Shown in pieces: positions 35,859 to 43,174 of a stretch of DNA of 43,174 nt. The notes under the pieces were generated by a model that worked only from the letters and a program-made list of their open reading frames with translations, was not told the DNA's origin and ran no database searches. Origin of the DNA: a virus (Duplodnaviria; Caudoviricetes). The stretch spans positions 1-43,174 of IMG/VR virus record IMGVR_UViG_3300020043_001328; one strand, written 5' to 3'. The position numbers and the translations under genes were made by a program. Numbering within the stretch: the first letter of the stretch is position 1; every line of letters starts with the position of its first letter.

Positions 35859-36695
35859 TTACGCAGTAACGAACTCGTCAGCAATATTCCACAACTCTGT
35901 GTTGATACGCTGGTGTTCCTTGATCGAGTTGACTGGTCGAGCCTTACGCATCACACCTTCAGGATGTGTGTCAGTGATGGAGCGAATCATAGCGTTGCCA
36001 CGAATCACACCTTCCTGAATGCGATTGAACACAGTCCATGCATCGTAGCCTTCGTCACCAACACGGCGAACATTCATCACGTCTTTGACGGTCTGTGCCA
36101 CAGCATAAGCACCCTTGGGTTGACCTGTGTAGTCACTCCAACGTGTAGCCACACCAGCAATCGCCATGTCGTAGGCTTCACCATTCGTCAGTGTGATGCC
36201 ACGCATCTTGTCAATGCGATCCATCAACAGGGGCAGGGTGGCTGTGGTGTTACGCAACATCTCTTCAAAGCCGTTCAATGCTTTGCTGTGGTAGATGCGA
36301 GACTGAAAGCCATCACCAGCAACGATGCCGTTGGAGCAGATGAAACGGAACAGACCAGCGAACAACTTCACAGAGCCTGTACCATCGTGAGAGTTGTACA
36401 AGATGATTTCAGGACGTACATCACCTGTCTCTGCAATGTCGTGAGCACTGCTGAAGGCAAGCATGTGGGCTGTGTGTTCTGCCGATGCTTTGCGGCTACG
36501 CTTTTGTGCAGCCTGTGTTGGGAAGTAGCCGTAGTCTGCCATGATGGGCAGCACATCGCTGGTGTTGAGTGATACGTAACGGTCTGTCAAACGTTCAGCT
36601 TTGGTTGTGCTGAACACAGCAGGAGCACGATGTTGAATCTGTGCGGGTGTCAGGATGGAATTGTCAGCGTTACGGGAGAAGATGACGTGAGCCAT
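35859..36695 (-). CDS. DUF932/DUF945 family protein
   Basis: NSHDGTGS...AGLFRFICSNG; R..D...W.VFNRIQE. Confidence 0.88.
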   Translation of the reverse strand: MAHVIFSRNADNSILTPAQIQHRAPAVFSTTKAERLTDRYVSLNTSDVLPIMADYGYFPTQAAQKRSRKASAEHTAHMLAFSSAHDIAETGDVRPEIILYNSHDGTGSVKLFAGLFRFICSNGIVAGDGFQSRIYHSKALNGFEEMLRNTTATLPLLMDRIDKMRGITLTNGEAYDMAIAGVATRWSDYTGQPKGAYAVAQTVKDVMNVRRVGDEGYDAWTVFNRIQEGVIRGNAMIRSITDTHPEGVMRKARPVNSIKEHQRINTELWNIADEFVTA

Positions 36696-36741
36696 TGTGT
36701 TTCCTTGGTAGGTTGTGGCAACATTGCCGAGTTGGGCCTTC

Positions 36742-36790
36742 AGTGTAAAGGCTTTCCAGATGGCTTGTCAAATAAACCATCCAGAAAACC
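36742..36790 (-). promoter_or_regulatory. Early promoter with inverted repeat around -35
   Basis: TTGACA-18 bp-TACACT; arms 36750-36765 and 36775-36790. Confidence 0.8.
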
Positions 36791-36797
36791 CTACAAA

Positions 36798-37043
36798 TTA
36801 GTCGGGTTTGTCCTTCTTCACAAGCGGTGCAACCTCTGCCCATGCTTGCAAATGTACTACTTGATTCTTCATGTTCAGACAGTAGCTGTACATACCATCG
36901 ATGTGGTCAAAAAACAACACTTCATCACTGCCTGTACCGTCCATCCACGGTAGCTTGATGTAGCTACGTGGCTTCACTTTGTAAAGCTCACGCACTGGTA
37001 AGACATCGAAGTCTTCAAGATCGTGTTCGTTTAGCATGTTCAA
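36798..37043 (-). CDS. Hypothetical protein
   Basis: FDHIDGMYSYC motif seen in phage small proteins. Confidence 0.75.
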   Translation of the reverse strand: MNMLNEHDLEDFDVLPVRELYKVKPRSYIKLPWMDGTGSDEVLFFDHIDGMYSYCLNMKNQVVHLQAWAEVAPLVKKDKPD

Positions 37044-37189
37044 TGTCTTTCTGTGTTGAAGCTACACCATCGGCGTAGCCTTTGTTGTATCGGTCATACT
37101 CTGTGCTGGTCACAGGCAGGAAGATGTGAGCATGGTTGCCCTGTCCTCTCATACCATGTGCTTTGCCCACACAGTAGGCAATGCTGTCA

Positions 37190-37408
37190 TCACTCACCAC
37201 GCACCTTGCACAAGGCATCAGCAATTTTGTAGCAATAGCGACTCAGTGCAGCAGGGTCTTCAACTGTCACGCCAGAAGCAAGCACACCATGCATTACGTC
37301 AAGAGCAAAGTCATCACGTAGTTCACGCGGTGCTTTCTCTGCATAAGCAGGACGGCCTCGGCTACGGGTTTCTTTGGCAAGGTTTTCTTTAATTGTTTCG
37401 TCAGTCAT
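37190..37408 (-). CDS. Hypothetical protein (LRDDFA...YKIADA type)
   Basis: ggag RBS; distantly resembles 29401-29631. Confidence 0.65.
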   Translation of the reverse strand: MTDETIKENLAKETRSRGRPAYAEKAPRELRDDFALDVMHGVLASGVTVEDPAALSRYCYKIADALCKVRGE

Positions 37409-37500
37409 TAGGGTCTCCAGTAAAACATGTCAAGTAAGAGCACTGCAATCAGTGCCACAAGAAAGATGATGCGGCTAAGCCGTTCACCGTGAGTCATCAT
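37408..37500 (-). CDS. Single-TM peptide (30 aa, not in ORF track)
   Basis: MMTHGERLSRIIFLVALIAVLLLDMFYWRP. Confidence 0.6.
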   Translation of the reverse strand: MMTHGERLSRIIFLVALIAVLLLDMFYWRP

Positions 37501-37604
37501 ACGTTCACCTTTGTTGGTGCAGATACGGGGTCTTCGCATGATGCTGTAGACAACAGCAAAGCAAAGCAGAACACGGCGATGGGGATGTGTTTGAGCATTG
37601 TCAT
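37497..37604 (-). CDS. Very small putative lipoprotein (35 aa, not in ORF track)
   Basis: MTMLKHIPIAVFCFALLLSTAS-C; ATGA overlaps on both sides. Confidence 0.5.
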   Translation of the reverse strand: MTMLKHIPIAVFCFALLLSTASCEDPVSAPTKVNV

Positions 37605-37972
37605 ACGCCTTGTTCCTCTGCCATCAATGCTGCCCACTTGAGCCACATGTAACGCATACCTTGCACATTGTGGTTGATGTTGCGGTACTCACCGGGAACA
37701 TCGCCATGTTTCTTGAACAAGGTCATGCTACCTGTGTTGCAACCCATGTTTTTCAATCCATTGATAACACGGCGGCGCAACAATCCTGACTCACCACTGT
37801 AATTAAAACCTGTCATCTTATAGATGGCTTCGTCAACAGCACAGCATGAGAACTTTTCTTTACCACCACCCTCACCATATCGTGAGTTGGAAAGCAGGCA
37901 ATTGTCGGCGGCGTAGTGCAACACGTCTGCAACGGTGGGTTGTTTCTTTTTCATAGGTTTCGTTGCACTCAT
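37601..37972 (-). CDS. Hypothetical protein
   Basis: In-operon ORF, 123 aa. Confidence 0.7.
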   Translation of the reverse strand: MSATKPMKKKQPTVADVLHYAADNCLLSNSRYGEGGGKEKFSCCAVDEAIYKMTGFNYSGESGLLRRRVINGLKNMGCNTGSMTLFKKHGDVPGEYRNINHNVQGMRYMWLKWAALMAEEQGV

Positions 37973-38035
37973 AGCGGTGCATCCTCATGGTTGTTGGGGT
38001 TGAACGGTGGACGTTTCCGTCCTGTGTCGAGGGGG

Positions 38036-38335
38036 TTAGGCCATGCCGGGAACGGCCACACTGTCAAAGCCATATTCATACCTTTCATAAGAACGAATTT
38101 TGCTGTCACGCTCACTGCGTTTCTCAACAAACTTGACACGGGTATCTCGTTCGTTCAGTGCCATGCACAATGTGGTCAGGTCACAGTCTTCCTCAAGGTA
38201 GGCATAGTCGCCACGCTGGTAGCTGTACCGTGTAATCTTGTCGGCAATGCCGAGGTTGACTAGCACATCTTTGCGGACCTTGCCCCACGCATGACCGGGG
38301 TCGTTGTAGATGATGATGGTGAATGTCTTGTTCAT
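38036..38335 (-). CDS. Conserved phage early protein
   Basis: DPGHAW..V...YSY......YLEEDCD pattern. Confidence 0.8.
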   Translation of the reverse strand: MNKTFTIIIYNDPGHAWGKVRKDVLVNLGIADKITRYSYQRGDYAYLEEDCDLTTLCMALNERDTRVKFVEKRSERDSKIRSYERYEYGFDSVAVPGMA

Positions 38336-38598
38336 GCTGTCACCATAGCATTGTTGTTGATGGTCAAGCCTTCACATGTCACCGACACAATGGTGTCTTT
38401 GTTGACACAGCGATAACCTGTGTTGATGGTGTCATACACCACCAGATATTTGTCGTGGTCAACGGTGCTTGTGCCACCCTTCAGGTGTTTGGTTACACCG
38501 ATACGTCCATTCAGTGTACGGGTTGTGCCGTCTTTCTTGATGAAAGAGACGGTGATGAACTTGCCCTTGCTTTGGGCGATGAAGTCTGAGATTTTCAT
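38332..38598 (-). CDS. WYL-like SH3-fold protein
   Basis: F.V.FIKKDGT.R......YD....YR pattern; start MKISD. Confidence 0.75.
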   Translation of the reverse strand: MKISDFIAQSKGKFITVSFIKKDGTTRTLNGRIGVTKHLKGGTSTVDHDKYLVVYDTINTGYRCVNKDTIVSVTCEGLTINNNAMVTA

Positions 38599-38623
38599 GT
38601 GTTTTCCTACGGAATAGATGCGA

Positions 38624-38669
38624 TAGTGCATCGGTAATGACCCTCAGTGAAGGCCATTACAGGACACTA
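38624..38669 (-). promoter_or_regulatory. Putative RNase III processing hairpin
   Basis: 12-bp upper stem, 4/5 asymmetric internal loop, 5-bp lower stem; intergenic. Confidence 0.6.
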
Positions 38670-38689
38670 GCTACAGGAGCCGAAGGCGA

Positions 38690-39088
38690 CTACCACCATG
38701 AGTCGTAGTACACAGCCTTGCCATCAGCCAGTGCCTCTCTTGCTTTAGCAACGAAGGTTGCAACGCTTTCGAGGTCTTCGGGATATATCGTTTGCTCACC
38801 GAAGAAGAACCCGTTGATGGGCACCAGCTTGTTATTGCCTGTGTCCATCTCCAATCGGTCAAGGTCTTTCGCATCAAGACGAACGGTGTTGCAATTAAAC
38901 GACACAGCAGTGCCACCCTTGAGGCGATACAAGTTTTCCATCCAGCCATGCAAAGCATTGAATTTACGCCAGTAATATAGCTCTGTCTTCGCAAGCTCGT
39001 TGTCTGTGCCATAGTTGGTTTCTAAATCAACTACGTTGTCGCCAGCATCCTTTGCTGACACGGTGAATGCATACATGTCGAGGCCCAT
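38690..39088 (-). CDS. Conserved phage early protein (MGLDMY...YWRK.NALHGW type)
   Basis: Family pattern including GFFFG and YYDSWW end. Confidence 0.85.
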   Translation of the reverse strand: MGLDMYAFTVSAKDAGDNVVDLETNYGTDNELAKTELYYWRKFNALHGWMENLYRLKGGTAVSFNCNTVRLDAKDLDRLEMDTGNNKLVPINGFFFGEQTIYPEDLESVATFVAKAREALADGKAVYYDSWW

Positions 39089-39126
39089 TTTGTTTCCTTT
39101 CAGGAGGACGTTAGTCCGACGACTCA

Positions 39127-39177
39127 ATAGCGAGTCAGTAACACTACTGATGACTCAATAGTGTTACAAAGCGCTAT
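39127..39177 (-). promoter_or_regulatory. Putative RNase III processing hairpin
   Basis: 13-bp upper stem, 4/5 internal loop, 6-bp lower stem; intergenic. Confidence 0.6.
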
Positions 39178-39506
39178 CACATTAACTCGGATGGTACATC
39201 AATGTCATCGCCCAGTTTGGATGCAACGTAGCACCGCATAGCGGCGATCAGGGGTGTTGGGCCTGTGCTGCTTGGGGTGTCCCATTTATACGCATCGACA
39301 ACCGACTCACCTTCCCAGAATCTAAGGGTTATTCTTTCCCGCTCAATAATCGGCCCACCTTGTGCCCAGTTGGTTGATGGTGCATAAACGCCGTATCTCA
39401 AAGAGTAAACAACGCTCGTCTTGGTGTTCAGCGTTTCGGGGTCAAAGCCCTCTGCTATCGCCACCGCCCAGTCAAGGGCGGCTCCTGTCAGTTCAGATGT
39501 TTTCAT
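39177..39506 (-). CDS. NinX / DUF2591 family protein
   Basis: LTGAALDWAVA, PSTNWAQGGPIIE and GPTPLIAAMR. Confidence 0.85.
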   Translation of the reverse strand: MKTSELTGAALDWAVAIAEGFDPETLNTKTSVVYSLRYGVYAPSTNWAQGGPIIERERITLRFWEGESVVDAYKWDTPSSTGPTPLIAAMRCYVASKLGDDIDVPSELM

Positions 39507-39507
39507 G

Positions 39508-39900
39508 TCAGTTCCAGACACTAATGTGAGAACGTTTGTTTTCGTTGTATGTCGTCACAGTCAGTGCCACAAGACGACCTGTCTTACATGGATGCTCACC
39601 GTACAAGTGTACAAAGCTGTCATACTTGTAGGGGTTGTAGGTGATGGCACTACCGTAACGCAACACATGGTCATATGTACCATCGACAGCGTCATCGAAC
39701 AAGAACCCAACAACACCAGCATGAACATTCTTTTTACGTTCACGAAGGACACGTTGACGACCTGCCTCAGACACCTTGAATGTGCAGTCAAATAACAGCA
39801 CACCACTGCGATGGTCAATGACACGACCCTTGTTCGGGCCTTCCAGTGCTTTAATGCTAAAGCATTTGCGATGCAGATTGAAGTAGACGAATACTTTCAT
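39508..39900 (-). CDS. Conserved phage hypothetical protein
   Basis: VYFNLH, F.VSEAGRQRVLRERKKNVHA and YNPYK. Confidence 0.85.
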   Translation of the reverse strand: MKVFVYFNLHRKCFSIKALEGPNKGRVIDHRSGVLLFDCTFKVSEAGRQRVLRERKKNVHAGVVGFLFDDAVDGTYDHVLRYGSAITYNPYKYDSFVHLYGEHPCKTGRLVALTVTTYNENKRSHISVWN

Positions 39901-39912
39901 ATGTGTTTCCTT

Positions 39913-40203
39913 TCAGGAAGTTGTCAATTGTTCATCGGATGGTGTCATCAATGACGATACATCCACACCGCCAGCATTGCAACGCATGCCATACTCACTA
40001 ATATATATTAGCTGTGCCACCAATCGAGTGCCACCAGCAACGCTGGCAACTTCGGTGACAGTGTAGACCTGTGCTGTAGGATGGTCAGACAACACCACCT
40101 TGTCACCGACACGGGGAAGCTTTGTCAGCTTACGTGTCTGTAATTGTTTGTAGTGCAGACGGGCATCTTCACGGTCAAAACCGCCTCTTCGTGTTGTATA
40201 CAT
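39913..40203 (-). CDS. Hypothetical protein
   Basis: Strong RBS cctgaaaggaaacacaATG. Confidence 0.7.
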   Translation of the reverse strand: MYTTRRGGFDREDARLHYKQLQTRKLTKLPRVGDKVVLSDHPTAQVYTVTEVASVAGGTRLVAQLIYISEYGMRCNAGGVDVSSLMTPSDEQLTTS

Positions 40204-40460
40204 TGTGTTTCCTTTCAGGAAGGCTTGATATAAACTCTGTAGCCCTGTGCCACAAAGCTTATGAAAGCCACATCATATAGCACCGACCCCGATGCCATGA
40301 TGTGTTCCCTATGCACATTATCATCCTCATGTGCTATGAGCAGACATGGATGTTACGTCCCATGAATGACGCTGGCCTATAGCAACATCTGTCACATGTT
40401 GCCGACACCACACCAGATTTTTAAAGAACAATTTTGTGATGCCGATGCATCGATGCCTTC
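40204..40460 (-). ncRNA. Structured 5' leader or ncRNA with boxB/boxA-like antitermination site
   Basis: No credible gene; TGTTCTTTAAAAAT at 40417-40430 after a small hairpin, then five hairpins. Confidence 0.55.
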
Positions 40461-40461
40461 A

Positions 40462-40509
40462 ATTATGCAGACTTTGCAAAAGCCCTGTCAAGCGAAGGGT
40501 CTTTGCAAA
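40462..40509 (-). promoter_or_regulatory. Early promoter with inverted repeat around -35
   Basis: TTGACA-18 bp-CATAAT; TTTGCAAA in both arms. Confidence 0.85.
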
Positions 40510-40528
40510 ACCTCCCCCGAAGGGGAAG
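40507..40528 (-). terminator. Intrinsic terminator
   Basis: CTTCCCC-TTCG-GGGGAGG-TTTT just after the gp88-like stop. Confidence 0.75.
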
Positions 40529-40535
40529 CATTGTC

Positions 40536-41243
40536 TTACACTACAAAGCCTGTTGCATCGCTCTTGGCTTTGCCTTTGGCATACAGACCGACAACGACGC
40601 CCTGTGCATCAAGGTGACGAACGTCAGACTTGTCACCTGACACAACCGGGATGCCCTTGAATGATGCAGGGATGGTAGCTTCGCTACGGAACACAACTGC
40701 CATACGCATCCCGCTATCCATCGCCTTGTTGACGAAAGGCTTAAAGCCTTCAACGCCACTGTAAGAGAACGTCACATCATAATTCAAAGGTAAACCTTTG
40801 CGGTTTGCATCCTTCGTATAGTCGTAGAATTGAACGTCAGGGAAAACATCGAAGATGTTTGCATAAGCAACACCATCAACTGTCAAACCTACGGTTTCCC
40901 AACGAATGTCACTTGTACCGTTCAATCGAACAAGCGGTTTCAACCCAGCTTTGCTGGCTTTGCGAATGAGAGCCTTGATCGAGAAAACAACGTCAGCCAT
41001 AAAACTATCACGCTCTTCGAAGAAGCGTACAGTTTTTGCAATACGGGCTTGCTGCACAGAGCTGAAAGCTCCACGACCAGCACTGTAAAGGCAAGCTTTG
41101 TCGCATTGTGCAATTTTTGCCATTGAACAAGTGTTCCACTTGGTTGTCGTGGCTGGTGCAAGGTAGAGAATGCCTGTCAGAAACCCAAGGGTTTCGCCCT
41201 TGACTGTTTTTGCATCAGCGGAAATGGAGAGAACGTTTTTCAT
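40536..41243 (-). CDS. Gp88-like protein
   Basis: C-x7-C-x3-C, RLNGTSDI.W, QFYDYTK and NY..TFS; start MKNVL. Confidence 0.8.
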   Translation of the reverse strand: MKNVLSISADAKTVKGETLGFLTGILYLAPATTTKWNTCSMAKIAQCDKACLYSAGRGAFSSVQQARIAKTVRFFEERDSFMADVVFSIKALIRKASKAGLKPLVRLNGTSDIRWETVGLTVDGVAYANIFDVFPDVQFYDYTKDANRKGLPLNYDVTFSYSGVEGFKPFVNKAMDSGMRMAVVFRSEATIPASFKGIPVVSGDKSDVRHLDAQGVVVGLYAKGKAKSDATGFVV

Positions 41244-41291
41244 GGTGTTTACCTTCGGTAAGTGACGGCGGGATTGCCGTCGATGGGTTAG

Positions 41292-41330
41292 ATTGTACAG
41301 ACTTTCGAAAAGCCCTGTCAAGCCAAGGGT
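41292..41330 (-). promoter_or_regulatory. Early promoter (repeat copy)
   Basis: TTGACA-gggcttttcgaaagtctg-TACAAT. Confidence 0.85.
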
Positions 41331-41554
41331 TATTCAGCCTTCGAAGCAACGAAGTTGCCACGGCGGGTGATGGTTGCATTGTCATAGCATGCCACCCATG
41401 TCAAAGCTTCGCTTCGGGTGAAAGTGTAATGACGTTTTGCAAAGCCTTGACCGACAACACAAAAGCCAAAGGCTTTTTTGAGCGACAAAGCGATTTCGTC
41501 TTGCATCATGTACAAAGCAATAGCGAGTGATGTGATGGAAATGATCAAAAGCAT
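41330..41554 (-). CDS. Hypothetical protein with N-terminal hydrophobic segment
   Basis: RBS ccgaaggtaaacaacATG. Confidence 0.7.
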   Translation of the reverse strand: MLLIISITSLAIALYMMQDEIALSLKKAFGFCVVGQGFAKRHYTFTRSEALTWVACYDNATITRRGNFVASKAE

Positions 41555-41602
41555 GTTGTTTACCTTCGGTAATGTTGAAGTGGCGATGTTGCCACGGCCT
41601 CA

Positions 41603-41651
41603 ATTATACAGACCTTCGAAAAACCCTGTCAAACGAAGGGTCTTTCGAAAG
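41603..41651 (-). promoter_or_regulatory. Early promoter with inverted repeat around -35
   Basis: TTGACA-18 bp-TATAAT; TTCGAA in both arms. Confidence 0.88.
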
Positions 41652-41658
41652 CTTTGCT

Positions 41659-41850
41659 TCAATACGTGAAGCCTACATACACAGGCTTGGTTGCCTTGAT
41701 GTATATGACACGGTTGATGTCTTCGACATCACGAAGCTCAAACGACTTCGTCGTTCTGTCGTAGTCGCCTTTGATGTAGATGCTTTTAGCATCCGCTTTC
41801 CGTTTGACATAGTCACCTTTGGTGACGTTGCGAAGAATGATGTTTTGCAT
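41659..41850 (-). CDS. Hypothetical protein
   Basis: RBS ccgaaggaaaacatc; KGDY.KRK...Y.KGDYDR...GFTY. Confidence 0.75.
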   Translation of the reverse strand: MQNIILRNVTKGDYVKRKADAKSIYIKGDYDRTTKSFELRDVEDINRVIYIKATKPVYVGFTY

Positions 41851-41872
41851 GATGTTTTCCTTCGGAAATGTT

Positions 41873-41902
41873 AAAGAAACCGTCCCCCTTTAGGGGGACA
41901 GC
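41873..41902 (-). terminator. Intrinsic terminator
   Basis: GCTGTCCCCC-TAAA-GGGGGACGGT-TTCTTT. Confidence 0.8.
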
Positions 41903-41911
41903 AAAGCCTTG

Positions 41912-42079
41912 TCAGGCCATCAACTCACGGTACAGTTCATACAATTCATTGTATGTTGCAACCTTCCCTGTTGCTACAGCAACAAGCATCGACATGTTGT
42001 CTACGTTACCGCATTGCAGCTTTGCTGCTTCGTAGAGTTTTGCGTTTTGCAGGGCGGTGATGATTTCGGTAGTTTGCAT
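41912..42079 (-). CDS. Hypothetical protein (55 aa, not in ORF track)
   Basis: RBS ccgaaggtaaacaATG; MQTTEIITALQNAKLYE...; followed by terminator. Confidence 0.7.
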   Translation of the reverse strand: MQTTEIITALQNAKLYEAAKLQCGNVDNMSMLVAVATGKVATYNELYELYRELMA

Positions 42080-42545
42080 TGTTTACCTTCGGTACAAATA
42101 TTGTCTCAATCTTTTTAGGTGGGAATAGTCCCTTCAAGTCTGCTTCGAGTACTGCTTGCTTTGTTCTGAGATCATCCACCAGATCAAGACATGCATCCAC
42201 ATCAAAAGGAAAACCTGACCTAATTTGTTTTTCAATTGCCAGAGCAAAGTCATGCTCCAGCTTGAGCGCAGGTTCTGGACAGTATTGCTTTTGGATATGT
42301 TGAAGAAGTTTAGTTGTGACCGAAACATCTTGGATACAGTACTCCAACATTTCTTCGCTGTATTCCTTAAAGTCTTTGAAGTCAATCTTGTAGTCAGATA
42401 GTCTGTAGCCCCATGCCTTGAGTGAGGCTGAACCACGCAGCTTCGTTGGAACCTGCGTATATTGTTCAGTGTCCATGTCATAGAGTTTCTCCTTAGGCCA
42501 GATGAGTCGCGTTGTAATGAGTGTGTCAATAATACGAGCAGCCGC
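42080..42545 (-). pseudogene. Internal fragment of T7-like family A DNA polymerase; probably chimeric sequence
   Basis: DTL..TRL, SLKAWGYRL, EMLEYCIQDV, LEH...Q...GFPFD; both ends missing. Confidence 0.75.
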
Positions 42546-42559
42546 AAACGTATCAGACA

Positions 42560-42778
42560 ATGTTAAGATTAGGAGTTGCCAAGGAAACAGCTAGGCGTAT
42601 CCTTCCGCTCTGTACAAAGACAACTCTGTATATGAACGGTTCGTTGCGTAGTTGGATACACTATCTAGAGTTACGTACTGATAAGGCAACGCAATTGGAG
42701 CACAGGGTAATAGCTGAAGAAATTAAACAAATCTTCCAAGAAGAATTCCCTATTATTGCAAATGTTATTTTCAACTAA
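42560..42778 (+). pseudogene. C-terminal fragment of a second ThyX; probably chimeric sequence
   Basis: GVAKETAR.ILP...YMNGSLRSWIHY..LR....TQLEHR; N-terminal two thirds absent. Confidence 0.75.
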
Positions 42779-42881
42779 CCAGGCCAATGAAAACACTAAG
42801 GCACACGCTGACCAAAGCAAAAGAAGAAACAATCTTGGAAGAGGATGCGCACAACGTGGCTTGGGTTTCTCAGCGACACGG

Positions 42882-43166
42882 TCACCAATCTTGAACTTCG
42901 GATATGATTTCTTTTTTGACATGAGCCCAGAGTTTGTGTTTGACAATTTTGTAGACGGTGTCTTTGTGGATACCAAAGCGTTTAGCAATCAGTACATAGG
43001 TTTGTTTAGCGGCAGCAAGTCTTCTAATCTCTAGGACATTGTCTTCGGTTAGTACAGCAGTACCAACTTGCTCACCTTTGACACGGCAGTTCTCATGCTG
43101 CTTCTTTCCTGGTATTGCACCACGTTTAGGTAGTGCATATGTCTCAATCGTTTTGAAGCGTGCCAC
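42882..43166 (-). CDS. Small helix-turn-helix protein (HNH C-terminal type), in suspected chimeric end
   Basis: LTEDNVLEIR...IAKRFGI...V..IV....W.HV. Confidence 0.55.
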   Translation of the reverse strand: MARFKTIETYALPKRGAIPGKKQHENCRVKGEQVGTAVLTEDNVLEIRRLAAAKQTYVLIAKRFGIHKDTVYKIVKHKLWAHVKKEIISEVQDW

Positions 43167-43174
43167 CCATGTTT

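Noticed and set aside
34103-36572. Long + strand ORFs (34103-34999, 35913-36572)
   Set aside because: Antisense to the well-supported ARH and DUF932 genes.
39147-39170. Hammerhead ribozyme core (CTGATGA)
   Set aside because: No correctly placed GAAA and stems; the sequence is explained by a - strand hairpin.
42006-42778. Phage encoding both PolA and PolB and two ThyX genes
   Set aside because: The second copies are truncated fragments in alternating orientation at the sequence end, consistent with a chimera.
1-43174. Stop-codon reassignment or suppressor tRNA
   Set aside because: Core genes are full length in the standard bacterial code and no tRNA has a CTA, TCA or TTA anticodon.

Overview
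About 42 kb of a dsDNA tailed-phage genome with podovirus-like organisation; the host is probably a Gram-negative bacterium (inference). The + strand (1-14.7 kb) carries the end of the late module: a 5'-truncated repeat-rich tail fibre with a C-terminal chaperone, a lysis cluster (holin, M15 peptidase, lipoprotein) and large internal/ejection proteins. It converges at a bidirectional terminator on a - strand arm. That arm holds four tRNAs, PhoH, class Ia RNR, MazG, an RNA-ligase-family enzyme and a T7-like replication module in which the polymerase is family B rather than family A. It also holds ThyX, a tyrosine recombinase, an ADP-ribosylglycohydrolase and many small early genes driven by repeated sigma70-type promoters. 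No phage RNA polymerase, capsid, terminase or repressor is visible. The best candidates for new biology are: (1) a putative ADP-ribosyltransferase domain on the largest virion protein, paired with an early ADP-ribosylhydrolase; (2) a T4 gene-32-like pseudoknot before the T7-type SSB; (3) promoters whose -35 box sits inside an inverted repeat; (4) a 250-nt structured leader with an rrn-like boxA. The last ~1.1 kb looks chimeric. All family assignments come from motif recognition by eye; no database search was run.
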